Positions 1-9,097 of a DNA stretch of 64,000 bases are shown here, one piece after another. The notes under the pieces were generated by a model, which made no database searches, was not told the DNA's origin, and worked only from the letters and a program-made list of their open reading frames with translations. The stretch's first letter is position 1, and each line of letters starts with the position of its first letter. The position numbers were made by a program, and so were the translations under genes. The stretch is from Candidatus Melainabacteria bacterium 17Bon1m (GTDB lineage: Bacteria > Cyanobacteriota > Vampirovibrionia > Obscuribacterales > Obscuribacteraceae): NCBI GenBank assembly GCA_032128875.1, contig JAVLKG010000007.1, forward strand, positions 256,001 through 320,000. Direction: 5' to 3'.

Positions 1-171
1 TCCCAAACGGCTGTGTGTGCTCGCGGATTGGTGATACCGCTGGTGGTGAAACAGGGTCTTAGAGAAGCACGGAATCGGCGCATTCCGCACTTGAAACTCG
101 CGCAATGTCGCGCTTTCAAACACGCAAGCCGCGCCTCGAGCTTGCTGTAACAACGTATCCAGGAGACTCAC

Positions 172-1152
172 ATGGACCTCGGAATCGGAAGTATCGTAAC
201 CATCTCTCTCATCGTGCTCGGCGGCATCATCCTGCTGTCCGCAGCTATCAGTTCGCTTTTCTCGGTCAGCAACCGCACGGTCAAGATCATCGAGCGCTTC
301 GGCAAATACCAGCGCACTGCCGGCGCCGGTCTGAATGCGAAGATCCCTTTCATCGATACCGTCCGCGCCACGCTCAGCCTGCAGGTCGAGCAGCACACCA
401 TCAATGTCGACTCCATCACCAAGGACAAGGTGTCTGTGCGCGTGAGCTGCACGGTCAACTACAACGTCCTGGAAGGTCGTGAAGCCGACTCGTTCTACAA
501 GCTCGCCACCCCGAAGCAGCAGATCGAGACCTTCGTGTTCGACGTCGTTCGCTCGCAGGTGCCGAAGCTGACGCTGGACGAGATCTTCGACAGCAAGGAC
601 CACATCGCCCAGGCCGTGCGCCAGGAGCTGATGCACGACATGACCGACTTCGGCTACGAGATTGGCAAGGTGCTGGTCACCGAAATCGAGCCGGACGCGA
701 AGGTCAAGGCTGCGATGAACGAGATCAACGCCGCTCAGCGTGAGGCGCAGGCCGCCAACGCTCGCGGTGAAGCCGAGAAGACCCTGCGCGTGAAGAACGC
801 CGAGGCTCAGGCCGAAGCCGACCGCCTCAAGGGTGAAGGTATCGCCGCTCAGCGTCTCGCCATCATCAACGGCGCCAAGCAGTCGGTGGAAGAGCTGAAG
901 TCCGCGTATCCGGGCGTGAGTGAGGAAACCCTCATGAACATGCTCATGATGACGCAGTACTTCGAGACCCTGTCTCAGCTCGGCGGCAAGGCCGGCGACA
1001 AGGTCATCTTCGTGCCCGTCACTCCGGACGGCGTCGGTGCGTTCCGCCAGCAGATCATGGAAGGCCTGGCCGCAACCCCGGCTACCCGTCCGTCTCTCGC
1101 CAAGGGCGACGCGCATGCCCGTGGTGCTGAAGGCGAAGGTCAGAAGAGCTAA
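172..1152 (+). CDS. SPFH/band 7 (stomatin/prohibitin-like) membrane protein
   Basis: N-terminal TM helix; ERFGKY, KIPFID, TKDKVSV, LDEIF and AMNEINAAQR motifs; coiled-coil tail; AGGAG SD upstream. Confidence 0.92.
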   Translation: MDLGIGSIVTISLIVLGGIILLSAAISSLFSVSNRTVKIIERFGKYQRTAGAGLNAKIPFIDTVRATLSLQVEQHTINVDSITKDKVSVRVSCTVNYNVLEGREADSFYKLATPKQQIETFVFDVVRSQVPKLTLDEIFDSKDHIAQAVRQELMHDMTDFGYEIGKVLVTEIEPDAKVKAAMNEINAAQREAQAANARGEAEKTLRVKNAEAQAEADRLKGEGIAAQRLAIINGAKQSVEELKSAYPGVSEETLMNMLMMTQYFETLSQLGGKAGDKVIFVPVTPDGVGAFRQQIMEGLAATPATRPSLAKGDAHARGAEGEGQKS

Positions 1153-1452
1153 GTGCTAAAAGCACTGATCGCGACCCAAACTCAAAGTGGCATAGGCGCT
1201 AGAAGCTGACGGCAAGCGGCAGGTTTTGGTGGTCGTTGGAGTTGCGTAAAGCAGCTCTCTTCGACCATCTTCTCCTGCTGCTTGTTTTACTGACTGCCGA
1301 TACTAAAGCGCGTAGTATAAGCATGATCTGGAAGAACAGGCGAGGTTGCGACTCCGGAGCCGAATGCTTTCGCAATCGGTTATTCCGAAGCACAACCCCG
1401 CCTGCCTTTGTACGCCGTTAATTCAGGCGTCTACGTCAGCAGCGTTCTCTGC

Positions 1453-1962
1453 TTATCGAGGCGTCCCCATCGAGATGGCGACGACTGCGATTGACTGATG
1501 CGCCAGGGCGCGAACGGCGAGAATGAAGGATTCCAGCGCGACGAGGCAGGCTGCCAGTTGATTGGCGGCGCCATCGGCCCGCAATCCAGCTTCCGCGTCC
1601 ACGTAGCCCATCGCAGCGGAATGCTGCGTTTGCTGCAGGATGTCGCGGCGTTGCCGCGCTTGAGTGATGTACCTTTCGGTCATCTGAACCAGCGCACCCG
1701 CCTGAGCATGCACGTAGTCCAGCTGACGCCCGCGAACACTGTGAGCCGACGCCGTATTAGCGGCAGTTTCCCGGGCGCTCACGGCGAGTTCGGATGCCTG
1801 GCGGAACAATTCCGCAGGCGAGGTGCAAGACTCGTGATTCTGATGGTTGTCGCACAGACCCAGTTCGCCGTGCGCGAAGGTCGCACATTGCTCCTGAGCG
1901 GTCAGCGACAAAAGCAACAGCCCGAGTAAATCGGGCTTTGCTTCGTTGGTCTTTTCCGTCAT
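1453..1962 (-). CDS. Hypothetical helical protein
   Basis: Open frame with AAGGA SD before ATG at 1962 and GC3-rich codons; no family recognised. Confidence 0.55.
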   Translation of the reverse strand: MTEKTNEAKPDLLGLLLLSLTAQEQCATFAHGELGLCDNHQNHESCTSPAELFRQASELAVSARETAANTASAHSVRGRQLDYVHAQAGALVQMTERYITQARQRRDILQQTQHSAAMGYVDAEAGLRADGAANQLAACLVALESFILAVRALAHQSIAVVAISMGTPR

Positions 1963-2025
1963 TCTTGTCCTTTGATGCGTTAGCATCTCTGCGCAGTGTG
2001 GTGGTTTTCTTCTCGATGCCGTCGC

Positions 2026-2643
2026 TTACTTCAGGGGCGGTGCGAAAGGTGCGGGCGTGGACAGGTCGCGGGCATGCTCGGCTTGTTTTGCGGCAGCGCT
2101 GACGCTCGGGTCACTGTCCTGCTTGGCGCGCGTGATGAAGTAAGCCGCCTGCGGATAGGTCAGCTGCGCAGCTGCTTCCACAATGCACCGGCGCACGACG
2201 GCGTTCTTCTCCTTGCTGTACGAGGACTCGAGAATCTCAAGCAACTGCGGCTCGACGTTGCGAGCATGTCCAACCGCAGCCGGATTCTGCTTCTGGTTGA
2301 TGGCGATCTGCTTGAAGGCATTCGCGACCGAAGCGCGCACAGTCGGGTCGCTGTCCGTCTGGAGCGCCTGCGCCAGAGTGTTGAGCTCGTTGGTCGACGG
2401 GGTCGTGACGTGCTTGCCGAGCCACGCGACTGCCTGAAGGCGTTCGGTGGTCTGCGTTGAAGTGCTCAGCCTGGTGAGGCTCGAGGTCACCAGCGGCTGC
2501 GACACCTGCACGCGCGACTGTTGGGCGAGGCCGACCAGACTGGGGGAGAATGCCACCAGGGTGACCGCGCTCATGGCGAGGATGACGGCGACGATGCTCA
2601 GCTGGAATCGTTGAGTTTGTTTCGGACTTTGGCTTTGGGCCAT
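2026..2643 (-). CDS. HEAT-repeat protein with N-terminal signal/anchor
   Basis: AGGAG SD; hydrophobic N-terminus; repeats DSDPTVRASVANAF, EKNAVVRRCIVEAA, DSDPSVSAAA. Confidence 0.8.
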   Translation of the reverse strand: MAQSQSPKQTQRFQLSIVAVILAMSAVTLVAFSPSLVGLAQQSRVQVSQPLVTSSLTRLSTSTQTTERLQAVAWLGKHVTTPSTNELNTLAQALQTDSDPTVRASVANAFKQIAINQKQNPAAVGHARNVEPQLLEILESSYSKEKNAVVRRCIVEAAAQLTYPQAAYFITRAKQDSDPSVSAAAKQAEHARDLSTPAPFAPPLK

Positions 2644-3053
2644 ATCTTCTCCTAAAGGTTTGAGTGCCGGTTGCCTCAGCATTGGCACGACCGGGGGAAA
2701 ACTATTGAATCGTCCTTCGTTTTTGTCTTCTCACCAAAAACTCAAAGCACGTGCTCCCCTTGCCACCTGACCGCAGGCGGAAGAAAAAACAAAAGGGAGT
2801 ACAGAACAGAGCTTTGGGTTTGAACGGATACTGGAGGTGAGAGAAAAAACGAATACTAAAAACCTATCCGTAGAACCTGTTTGGCTCAATGAACATCTCT
2901 TGATATGTTGTAAAGTTGTATTTCAACAGTTCGCTTCGCTTGCCGAGCTTGGCGAACTTTTCTTTAGGCGCTTTTCAGCGTGTGTCGAAGAAGCGCATGA
3001 ACAGCCGTTTGCGCTAGGTCTTGTTAAGGAAAACGAAAATTTATTGCTAAGAG

Positions 3054-3620
3054 CTAGTGTCCGCGCCGCTTTCTGCCCTTCGCTTCTTTCATCGGTTTGG
3101 GTTCCGGCCCACCGTAAATGTCTTCGTGGGTTAGACCGTTCACATCCGTGACCCGCGGATAACCCTGCATTTCGGGCGTAAGCTTCAAAGTCATTGTCAG
3201 TGAAAACGGTATAACTTTGTCTGGTTTTCCTTCGACTTTGATGATGTTCTTGCCGGCTACTTTGAAGGGCGTCGATGTCTTATCGATTGGAACCATAGCG
3301 GTTGCAGAAGTGACTTCTACGACATTCCGGCGCTTCTCGTCTTCGGCAATTGTCTTCTCTTTGATGACGTCCAATCCGGCGTTGGGTATCACTTCCAACT
3401 TCGAAAGTTTGGCGATGCAATCATCAGTTAATTCTTGTCCGCGCAAGAAGTTTGTCGATTCAGAGAGAGTCGATGGATCTCTGTCCAGCAAATGTTTTGT
3501 TACCTGAATCGCCATTTTCTTCATCGTCTCAGCACGCTCTTTGGCTTGCTGTTCGGGGCTTTCGCAGCCTGCTAAAAACGATAACGCAATGAGAGCGCTC
3601 AAGGTTTTTATGACTGCCAT
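3054..3620 (-). CDS. Putative lipoprotein
   Basis: MAVIKTLSALIALSFLAGC signal with LAGC lipobox; start chosen from the signal peptide (3650 is an alternative). Confidence 0.7.
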   Translation of the reverse strand: MAVIKTLSALIALSFLAGCESPEQQAKERAETMKKMAIQVTKHLLDRDPSTLSESTNFLRGQELTDDCIAKLSKLEVIPNAGLDVIKEKTIAEDEKRRNVVEVTSATAMVPIDKTSTPFKVAGKNIIKVEGKPDKVIPFSLTMTLKLTPEMQGYPRVTDVNGLTHEDIYGGPEPKPMKEAKGRKRRGH

Positions 3621-3837
3621 TTTGGAGGCTACGGTGATTTTGATTTCCATGACGTGACTTGCTTCAGGTTTGGTGCCGGGGAAGCAATTATCATACGTGC
3701 AGGCTGAAATGTCCTCTCTTGACCATTGGCATGTAAAGCGACTGTTGTAATTGAAGGTGATTTGCAAGATTGTTTGTTTTGCTTGATGCCTTCGGAAACC
3801 TTGATGAATAGCGACGTTTGATAGGTTATCAAATTCA

Positions 3838-4572
3838 ATGACTGCAATTTTTTTGGAAAACCTCACCTGGCTGGAAGCTGAAGAAGTTTTGCGCGAAGAC
3901 TCAATGATCGTCATTCCGCTTGGTGCCGCGCTGAAAGAACACGGCAAACATTTGCCACTCAACAACGACAAATTATTAGTGGACGGTTTGGTCGATAATC
4001 TTGGAAAACGGCTAAACATCGTCGTTATGCCAACGATCGGAACTTCGTTTTACCCAGCCTTTGTCGAATATCCAGGTTCTATTTCGCTTTCATTGGAAAC
4101 ATCCGCAGCTCTTATCGGGGAAACTTGCACTGGACTTGCGCGGTTTGGCTGCAAGAAGATTTACGTTCTGAATACCGGGGTTTCCACATCCCGAGTTCTG
4201 GATAAGGTGAGTGAATTTTTGAAGGAAAACCACCCCGCTCTCAAATTCTCTTACACGGATTTTAAAACGGCGCTCGAGGTTGCCGCACAGGGAATTTCGC
4301 AACAGTCTGGTGGTGGGCACGCCGATGAAATTGAAACATCGATGATGCTTTTTCTTGCACCGCAGGTGGTGCATATGGAGAAGGCAGAAAAGGACTTTCA
4401 TGGAAATGCTCCCGGTCCGCTTCACCGAGATGAGCAAAAGGCGCGCGATGCCAATGCTGTTTATTCACCGACCGGAGCTTGGGGTGATCCTACGCTAGCC
4501 ACTAAAGAGAAGGGTGAAACGATTGTGAACCGACTTCTGGACCGGATTGAGAACGACATCAAAAAAATGTAG
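3838..4572 (+). CDS. Creatininase family amidohydrolase
   Basis: IPLGAALKEHGKHLPLNND, YPGSISL, GGHADEIETS and GAWGDPTLATKEKG motifs. Confidence 0.93.
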   Translation: MTAIFLENLTWLEAEEVLREDSMIVIPLGAALKEHGKHLPLNNDKLLVDGLVDNLGKRLNIVVMPTIGTSFYPAFVEYPGSISLSLETSAALIGETCTGLARFGCKKIYVLNTGVSTSRVLDKVSEFLKENHPALKFSYTDFKTALEVAAQGISQQSGGGHADEIETSMMLFLAPQVVHMEKAEKDFHGNAPGPLHRDEQKARDANAVYSPTGAWGDPTLATKEKGETIVNRLLDRIENDIKKM

Positions 4573-4708
4573 GTGCGATGCCATGCATCGCCCTGGCTGC
4601 GTAATGGCGCATCATATGTAATGTTTCGTAGGGTAAGCGCATGCGTAATGTTTCGTAGGGGAAGCGCATGCACTTCCCTGACCAGGGAGCTGCAGGCGGC
4701 TCCCATAC
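4569..4708. repeat. Cluster of GTAG-type REP-like palindromes with a 27-bp tandem duplication
   Basis: GTAGGTGCGATGCCATGCATCGCCC; duplication 4618-4644/4645-4671; inverted copy 4684-4708. Confidence 0.7.
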
Positions 4709-4710
4709 GA

Positions 4711-5145
4711 TTAGAAACGAACGGGTGACGGTTTGAAATAGCTTGATGAGGCAGGCGCTGCCGGCAGTTCAAAACTGTTTCTGCGAGTCCTCTTGGGCTG
4801 TTGTTGTTTGCTCACGAAGAGACGAAGCACGGCAATCATAATGGCTGGGATGCCGATGCATGCACCGAATACCCCAGTGTACCCATCGAACAAACCATTG
4901 ATAATCGCCGTGCTAGTCAAATCGTTACCCTTTGCCAAATCGTTGATTCCACTGAAATTGCTGTAGTCTTGTACATAAATAGTCTGGCAGCAAACTGGCT
5001 CTGCAAAAGCATTTGGACTAGCGCTAACGCCGTCGATGACCATGTATTGCGCATTTGCTGCAGGTGTGGCAAATGCCACTGCCAGTGATGCCATGAGAAC
5101 AGCCTTGGTGATGTTTTTCTTTGAAATAACAGCGTATGAGTTCAT
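4711..5145 (-). CDS. Secreted/membrane hypothetical protein
   Basis: Signal peptide ending ANA-QY; one hydrophobic helix near the C-terminus; GAGG SD. Confidence 0.6.
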   Translation of the reverse strand: MNSYAVISKKNITKAVLMASLAVAFATPAANAQYMVIDGVSASPNAFAEPVCCQTIYVQDYSNFSGINDLAKGNDLTSTAIINGLFDGYTGVFGACIGIPAIMIAVLRLFVSKQQQPKRTRRNSFELPAAPASSSYFKPSPVRF

Positions 5146-5189
5146 GTCGACCTCAGTGTGAAAGGTGGGTTGGACTGCATTTGAATGTC

Positions 5190-5750
5190 TTAGCTAAAGA
5201 GATTCGCGTCGCGTGCAGAGGCGACCAACCAGTTGATCAGCCCAGGTGTCGCCAGACCGCCGGTTACTCCGCAGCATCCGTGGATGATGCCTTTTACAGC
5301 GTCTTTGCTCCCGGCTGCCATCTTCATGAAGCCGTAAATGAGAGTCGGTCCGCCCCAGGCAACGCCGAGAATTTCCATGCCGTTGGCGATGATATTGAGC
5401 AAAGCTTCCAGGTTGGAGAGGTTGTTTACGCGTACTGTTCCGGCGGTGTTTATGCCTGTGATGTAGGTGGCATCAGCGCCCTGTGGCGCGATTGTTCCAT
5501 TTGTCGCGCCTTGTAGCTTTGGCGCGAGGGCATCCATGAAATGAAAACTTTGTGTTCCGGTATTGCCTTCGTAAGAGCTGGCAAACTGTCCGTGATTGTC
5601 GGCGAATGGATCGAGCGATGGTTGAGAAACGGTTGTGTACTGTGCTTGCGCGGGCGCGGTGCTGAGCAATCCCAGGGTGAAAAGTGAAACCAGAAGAAGA
5701 GAGAATGACAGTTTTTTCTTGCCAGTGTGCTCGCTGTTTTCGCGTCTCAT
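5190..5750 (-). CDS. Exported protein with C-terminal TrbC/VirB2 pilin-like helical hairpin
   Basis: AAGGAG SD; signal peptide ending AQA-QY; two C-terminal hydrophobic helices with a short basic loop. Confidence 0.55.
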   Translation of the reverse strand: MRRENSEHTGKKKLSFSLLLVSLFTLGLLSTAPAQAQYTTVSQPSLDPFADNHGQFASSYEGNTGTQSFHFMDALAPKLQGATNGTIAPQGADATYITGINTAGTVRVNNLSNLEALLNIIANGMEILGVAWGGPTLIYGFMKMAAGSKDAVKGIIHGCCGVTGGLATPGLINWLVASARDANLFS

Positions 5751-6372
5751 TTTCAAACTCCTTGTAGAACCGCTAGCCCGGTGGCTGCCTGTGCCGACTA
5801 ATTTAGTCGCGGGTTGTGGTCTAACTCGGGTCGATCTGTGGCGGACTTGTGGCGGGCAGATTAGAAGGAGTTGAACATCATCGAATTCGGAGTGAAATGA
5901 GAATTGAAGCCTGATCGTCTGGTCCTCGCGCTAACTGGCGAAGTTTCATCCAGGGACAGATGAGAATGTGAGCGATCTAAGAGTTCATGAGGAGTTGTGA
6001 CCTATCACCCCGTAGGCGGCAGTCCGGTCAAGAGCGGAAAGTTTGGGCCCGCTTGCCCATTAAGAACATCTTCACGATGTAAAGAAGAAAAAACTGCAAC
6101 GTTTATATCTTCAGATGCTCAAACTACTTAGGCTCTTAAATGTTCTATTTCTCTTCCCTAAGTCATATGCAGGAATCTTCCTCAGTCACCTAAAAGCGAA
6201 TATTCACCAGGTAAAAGCACTTGGTCATGGGCAAAACGTTGCCTTCGCTGTGGACTGAGGTTTGGTTTTCCAGCTCGAAAGACTGGCTGTATGTGTGTTA
6301 CGGGAATCGTCTCTGGCGCGAGCAGAAGTTCGTGTCCAACATTCACCGAACTCTAAATTCAGGAGCAACGCG

Positions 6373-6837
6373 ATGCAAGAGGTTTTCCTCAACCTCATCC
6401 GCTCAATCTTTGGCGGGCTGACACCACGTCTCGACCTCGATTGCGGCGGCAGCGATTCCGATAGCGGTAACTGCAGCGACTGCGGTGGCAGCGACAGCGA
6501 TAGCGGCGATTCGTCCAAGGGGATCGAAGGCGCCAGCAGCTCTGCCGATGTCTCATCTGATGCAACTGACAGCTCCGACAGCTCCGGCTCGTCGAGCGAC
6601 CGTCGCTCCCGCGACGCTGGTCTGGTAGGTGGTGCCGCTGCCGGTGCCGCCATTGCTCATCAACGTCGCAAGAAGGGACAGCGCAATGCAAATGACGCAA
6701 CCGATGAAGACCTTGCCTCTATCCCCCGTTGCCAGCGAGCTGAATGCCAGCGCAACGGTCGATGCGACTGTGACAACGGCGACGGCGGCGAACCATACGG
6801 CAAGCGCCCCGTCCGTATCCGCCTACGTAAGCGCTAG
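6373..6837 (+). CDS. Ser/Asp/Gly-rich low-complexity protein with Cys-rich tail (may be the 5' part of the next gene)
   Basis: AGGAG SD before ATG 6373; CGGSDSDSG duplicated; GC3-rich codons. Confidence 0.55.
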   Translation: MQEVFLNLIRSIFGGLTPRLDLDCGGSDSDSGNCSDCGGSDSDSGDSSKGIEGASSSADVSSDATDSSDSSGSSSDRRSRDAGLVGGAAAGAAIAHQRRKKGQRNANDATDEDLASIPRCQRAECQRNGRCDCDNGDGGEPYGKRPVRIRLRKR

Positions 6838-7564
6838 TTTCCTCAAGAAGACGGCGTTCATCGTCTGTCTTCTGGCAGCCACCGTCTGCCGTCGGAGCCT
6901 CGCTTTCCTGGCGAGTGTGTTCGAGGCTCTCTTCGGAAAGGTGGAAGCAGGCGGCGAAGAACTGATTCCTGAAAAGGGCTCGTTCGTTCTTGTCGTCAAT
7001 CACTTCCACGGCGCCTGGACGCCCTTTGTTACTGCCGCTGTGCTCGCTGCCCTGAAGCGGCGACGAGCCGATGTTGTCGATGACCTGGCAATGGTCGTCG
7101 GTCAACGCGCCGACACGAAGAAAAAACGCTTCTTTGTCGCTCGGTGGGTGCGCTCGATTGTGATGTGGGTGCTCGAGAGGTGGCAGCACAATGTGCTGCG
7201 CATTCCGCTCGGCAATTCCAATGTCTCGATCGACCAGTTGCGCACTTGGAGGCGGGTAGCCACAGCGCGTCCCTCTCTCGTCTTTCCGGAAGGACTGGCG
7301 AGTATAACTTTCGAAAAGGTGCGTCCGGGCGCTGGACAATTCGTCCGCGCTCTCGGCGTTCCCGTTGTTCCCTGTGCGGTCTGGTATCACCAGGGGCAGT
7401 GGCACGTCGAATTCGACGCACCGATTGCCTGGGCGAAAAGCCCGGAGCTTAGCGATTTGCAGGTTGGGTTGTCGATTGCCCGACTTTTGCCTGCGGATCT
7501 TGCGCCAACTTGGCAGGGGCTTTTGGAGCGCTGGAATCGCGCTCACGATGCACCTGCCGACTAG
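6686..7564 (+). CDS. Lysophospholipid acyltransferase (PlsC-like) family protein
   Basis: VLVVNH block I, VFPEG block III, VPVVPC block IV; start uncertain. Confidence 0.8.
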   Translation: MQMTQPMKTLPLSPVASELNASATVDATVTTATAANHTASAPSVSAYVSASFLKKTAFIVCLLAATVCRRSLAFLASVFEALFGKVEAGGEELIPEKGSFVLVVNHFHGAWTPFVTAAVLAALKRRRADVVDDLAMVVGQRADTKKKRFFVARWVRSIVMWVLERWQHNVLRIPLGNSNVSIDQLRTWRRVATARPSLVFPEGLASITFEKVRPGAGQFVRALGVPVVPCAVWYHQGQWHVEFDAPIAWAKSPELSDLQVGLSIARLLPADLAPTWQGLLERWNRAHDAPAD

Positions 7565-7575
7565 TGGAGATTTCC

Positions 7576-7917
7576 ATGAAATTGGAGGATAAACGTTGCG
7601 CGACTGTGGCAGCCGTAGCTGTGAGCTGGGCTGCTGTCGCGATTGCTATCGAGTATCTGAGCGGCACGCAGCTGTTCACTGGCATCACGATCGGCCTCAT
7701 CGGCTTTATCGTTTCCGCCTTGGTCTGCATGTTCATCTTCGAAAGGCAGGATCGTAGGCGAGCAGCCGACGCCAAGCGCCGCGCCGATGGACTGGCTCGA
7801 GAGCGGCTGGGGCCAGTTTTTGCCCACGTGCCGGGTCCAGGTGAGCCGGGCTACGATCCGAATTACGACCCGGACGAAGACAAGTACGCGCGTCGCTACT
7901 ACCGCGACGACGAATGA
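7576..7917 (+). CDS. Small membrane protein, two TM helices and a charged tail
   Basis: GGAGA SD; two hydrophobic segments. Confidence 0.65.
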   Translation: MKLEDKRCATVAAVAVSWAAVAIAIEYLSGTQLFTGITIGLIGFIVSALVCMFIFERQDRRRAADAKRRADGLARERLGPVFAHVPGPGEPGYDPNYDPDEDKYARRYYRDDE

Positions 7918-7994
7918 ACAATTCGGGAGGCCAGTCTAGACCTCTTACTGCGCCTTCTGAATGAATTCACTCAAATCCCAGAGGGAGATTGTCC

Positions 7995-8615
7995 ATGGGA
8001 GATTTAGTGACGTTTCCGGTCGTGAAACAGCTCGCCCCGACGCCCGCGGATTACGAAAGTGAGACGCAGGTTTTCGAGGTGGCATGGTACAGCCGGAAGT
8101 TCTACCGCCACGAGGCGGAGAAGTTGAAGAAGCATGGCATTCATGCCATGTTCGCTCCAGCCAATCAGTCCTTCTTCGTTATGCGGAAGGACATCGAGCG
8201 TATGTGCGAAATCCTCGGCGCCCGCATCAATGGTATCGTTGATGGTGGCAGCATGTATGCTCGCAAGATGGTTATCGACTCGCGCTCCAGTGCGGACGCT
8301 TCCGTCAACGGCAGCGAACTTCCCTATCTGGTGCGCCAGGACGAAGACCGGTTTCTTGCCGGAAATCCAAACACGTATTTCGATGTGCGCGCTTTCGGGC
8401 GCAAATTGTCGGACTACGAAGTTCGCAAGTTGCGCGGCCACAAGATAACGGTCAGCTTCAGCGTCGTGTCCGACAGCTACCACATCGCCAGGAGCGATAT
8501 GGAAGCCGTTCTGCACATCCTGCAAGCACAGCTTCTCGGTGTCGTCGATTCGAAGACCGCCAAGAAAGTGACCATCGATGTGGGCGCGCTCAAATCCCGG
8601 CGACAGGTTTCATAG
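7995..8615 (+). CDS. Hypothetical protein with an internal domain duplication
   Basis: GAGGGAG SD; two alignable halves. Confidence 0.7.
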   Translation: MGDLVTFPVVKQLAPTPADYESETQVFEVAWYSRKFYRHEAEKLKKHGIHAMFAPANQSFFVMRKDIERMCEILGARINGIVDGGSMYARKMVIDSRSSADASVNGSELPYLVRQDEDRFLAGNPNTYFDVRAFGRKLSDYEVRKLRGHKITVSFSVVSDSYHIARSDMEAVLHILQAQLLGVVDSKTAKKVTIDVGALKSRRQVS

Positions 8616-8649
8616 CACGTCGCCATAACGTTTGAAACAGGAGTTGAAA

Positions 8650-8769
8650 ATGACACTCGATCTCGTTCTCAATCTCGTCGCTCAAGCAGCTGGTTATGCG
8701 TCTCTCGTGACGTTTCCCACCCTGCTGGTGATTCGATTCGTGCGTGACCGTCTTCCGCACAACGCGTAA
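8650..8769 (+). CDS. 39-aa single-TM small protein (below the ORF-track cutoff)
   Basis: CAGGAG SD; MTLDLVLNLVAQAAGYASLVTFPTLLVIRFVRDRLPHNA. Confidence 0.6.
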   Translation: MTLDLVLNLVAQAAGYASLVTFPTLLVIRFVRDRLPHNA

Positions 8770-9097
8770 GGCGTCGCTCTGAGTACTTCATGCAAACTGC
8801 ACGGGTAGCCGTTTTCGATAAGGTTGAGCGGTTGCTTGACTGAGTTCGAACGGTTGCCCGCAGCAGTGCGTTTCAACAACTAAAGCTGTTGGAGTCCGTC
8901 GCAAATGCCGGACTCTGCAGTTTTAGTTCTTGGCGACGCTATACTGAATCGTGTAGTATAATGCGTGCCGAAAGCGATGGAAGAGAAAAGGGAAAGAGCT
9001 AACTTTCCCCTTTCTCCCCACCGCGGAGCCGGTTTCCCGGTAACTGACGGAGGGGAGTTTTCGCCTTGCGGCTTGACTCCCTCTCCTCAGCAGTTGA

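Noticed and set aside
3621-4019. N-terminal extension of the 321-aa ORF 3054-4019
   Set aside because: Overlaps the creatininase gene on the other strand; the lipoprotein signal indicates a later start.
4569-4708. CRISPR array (also considered 42459-42640 and 59789-60021)
   Set aside because: Too few units, no regular unique spacers, no cas genes.
5990-6300. c-di-GMP-I or other riboswitch in the divergent intergenic region
   Set aside because: Only isolated GGCAAA/GAAA words; the conserved two-stem layout could not be built by eye.
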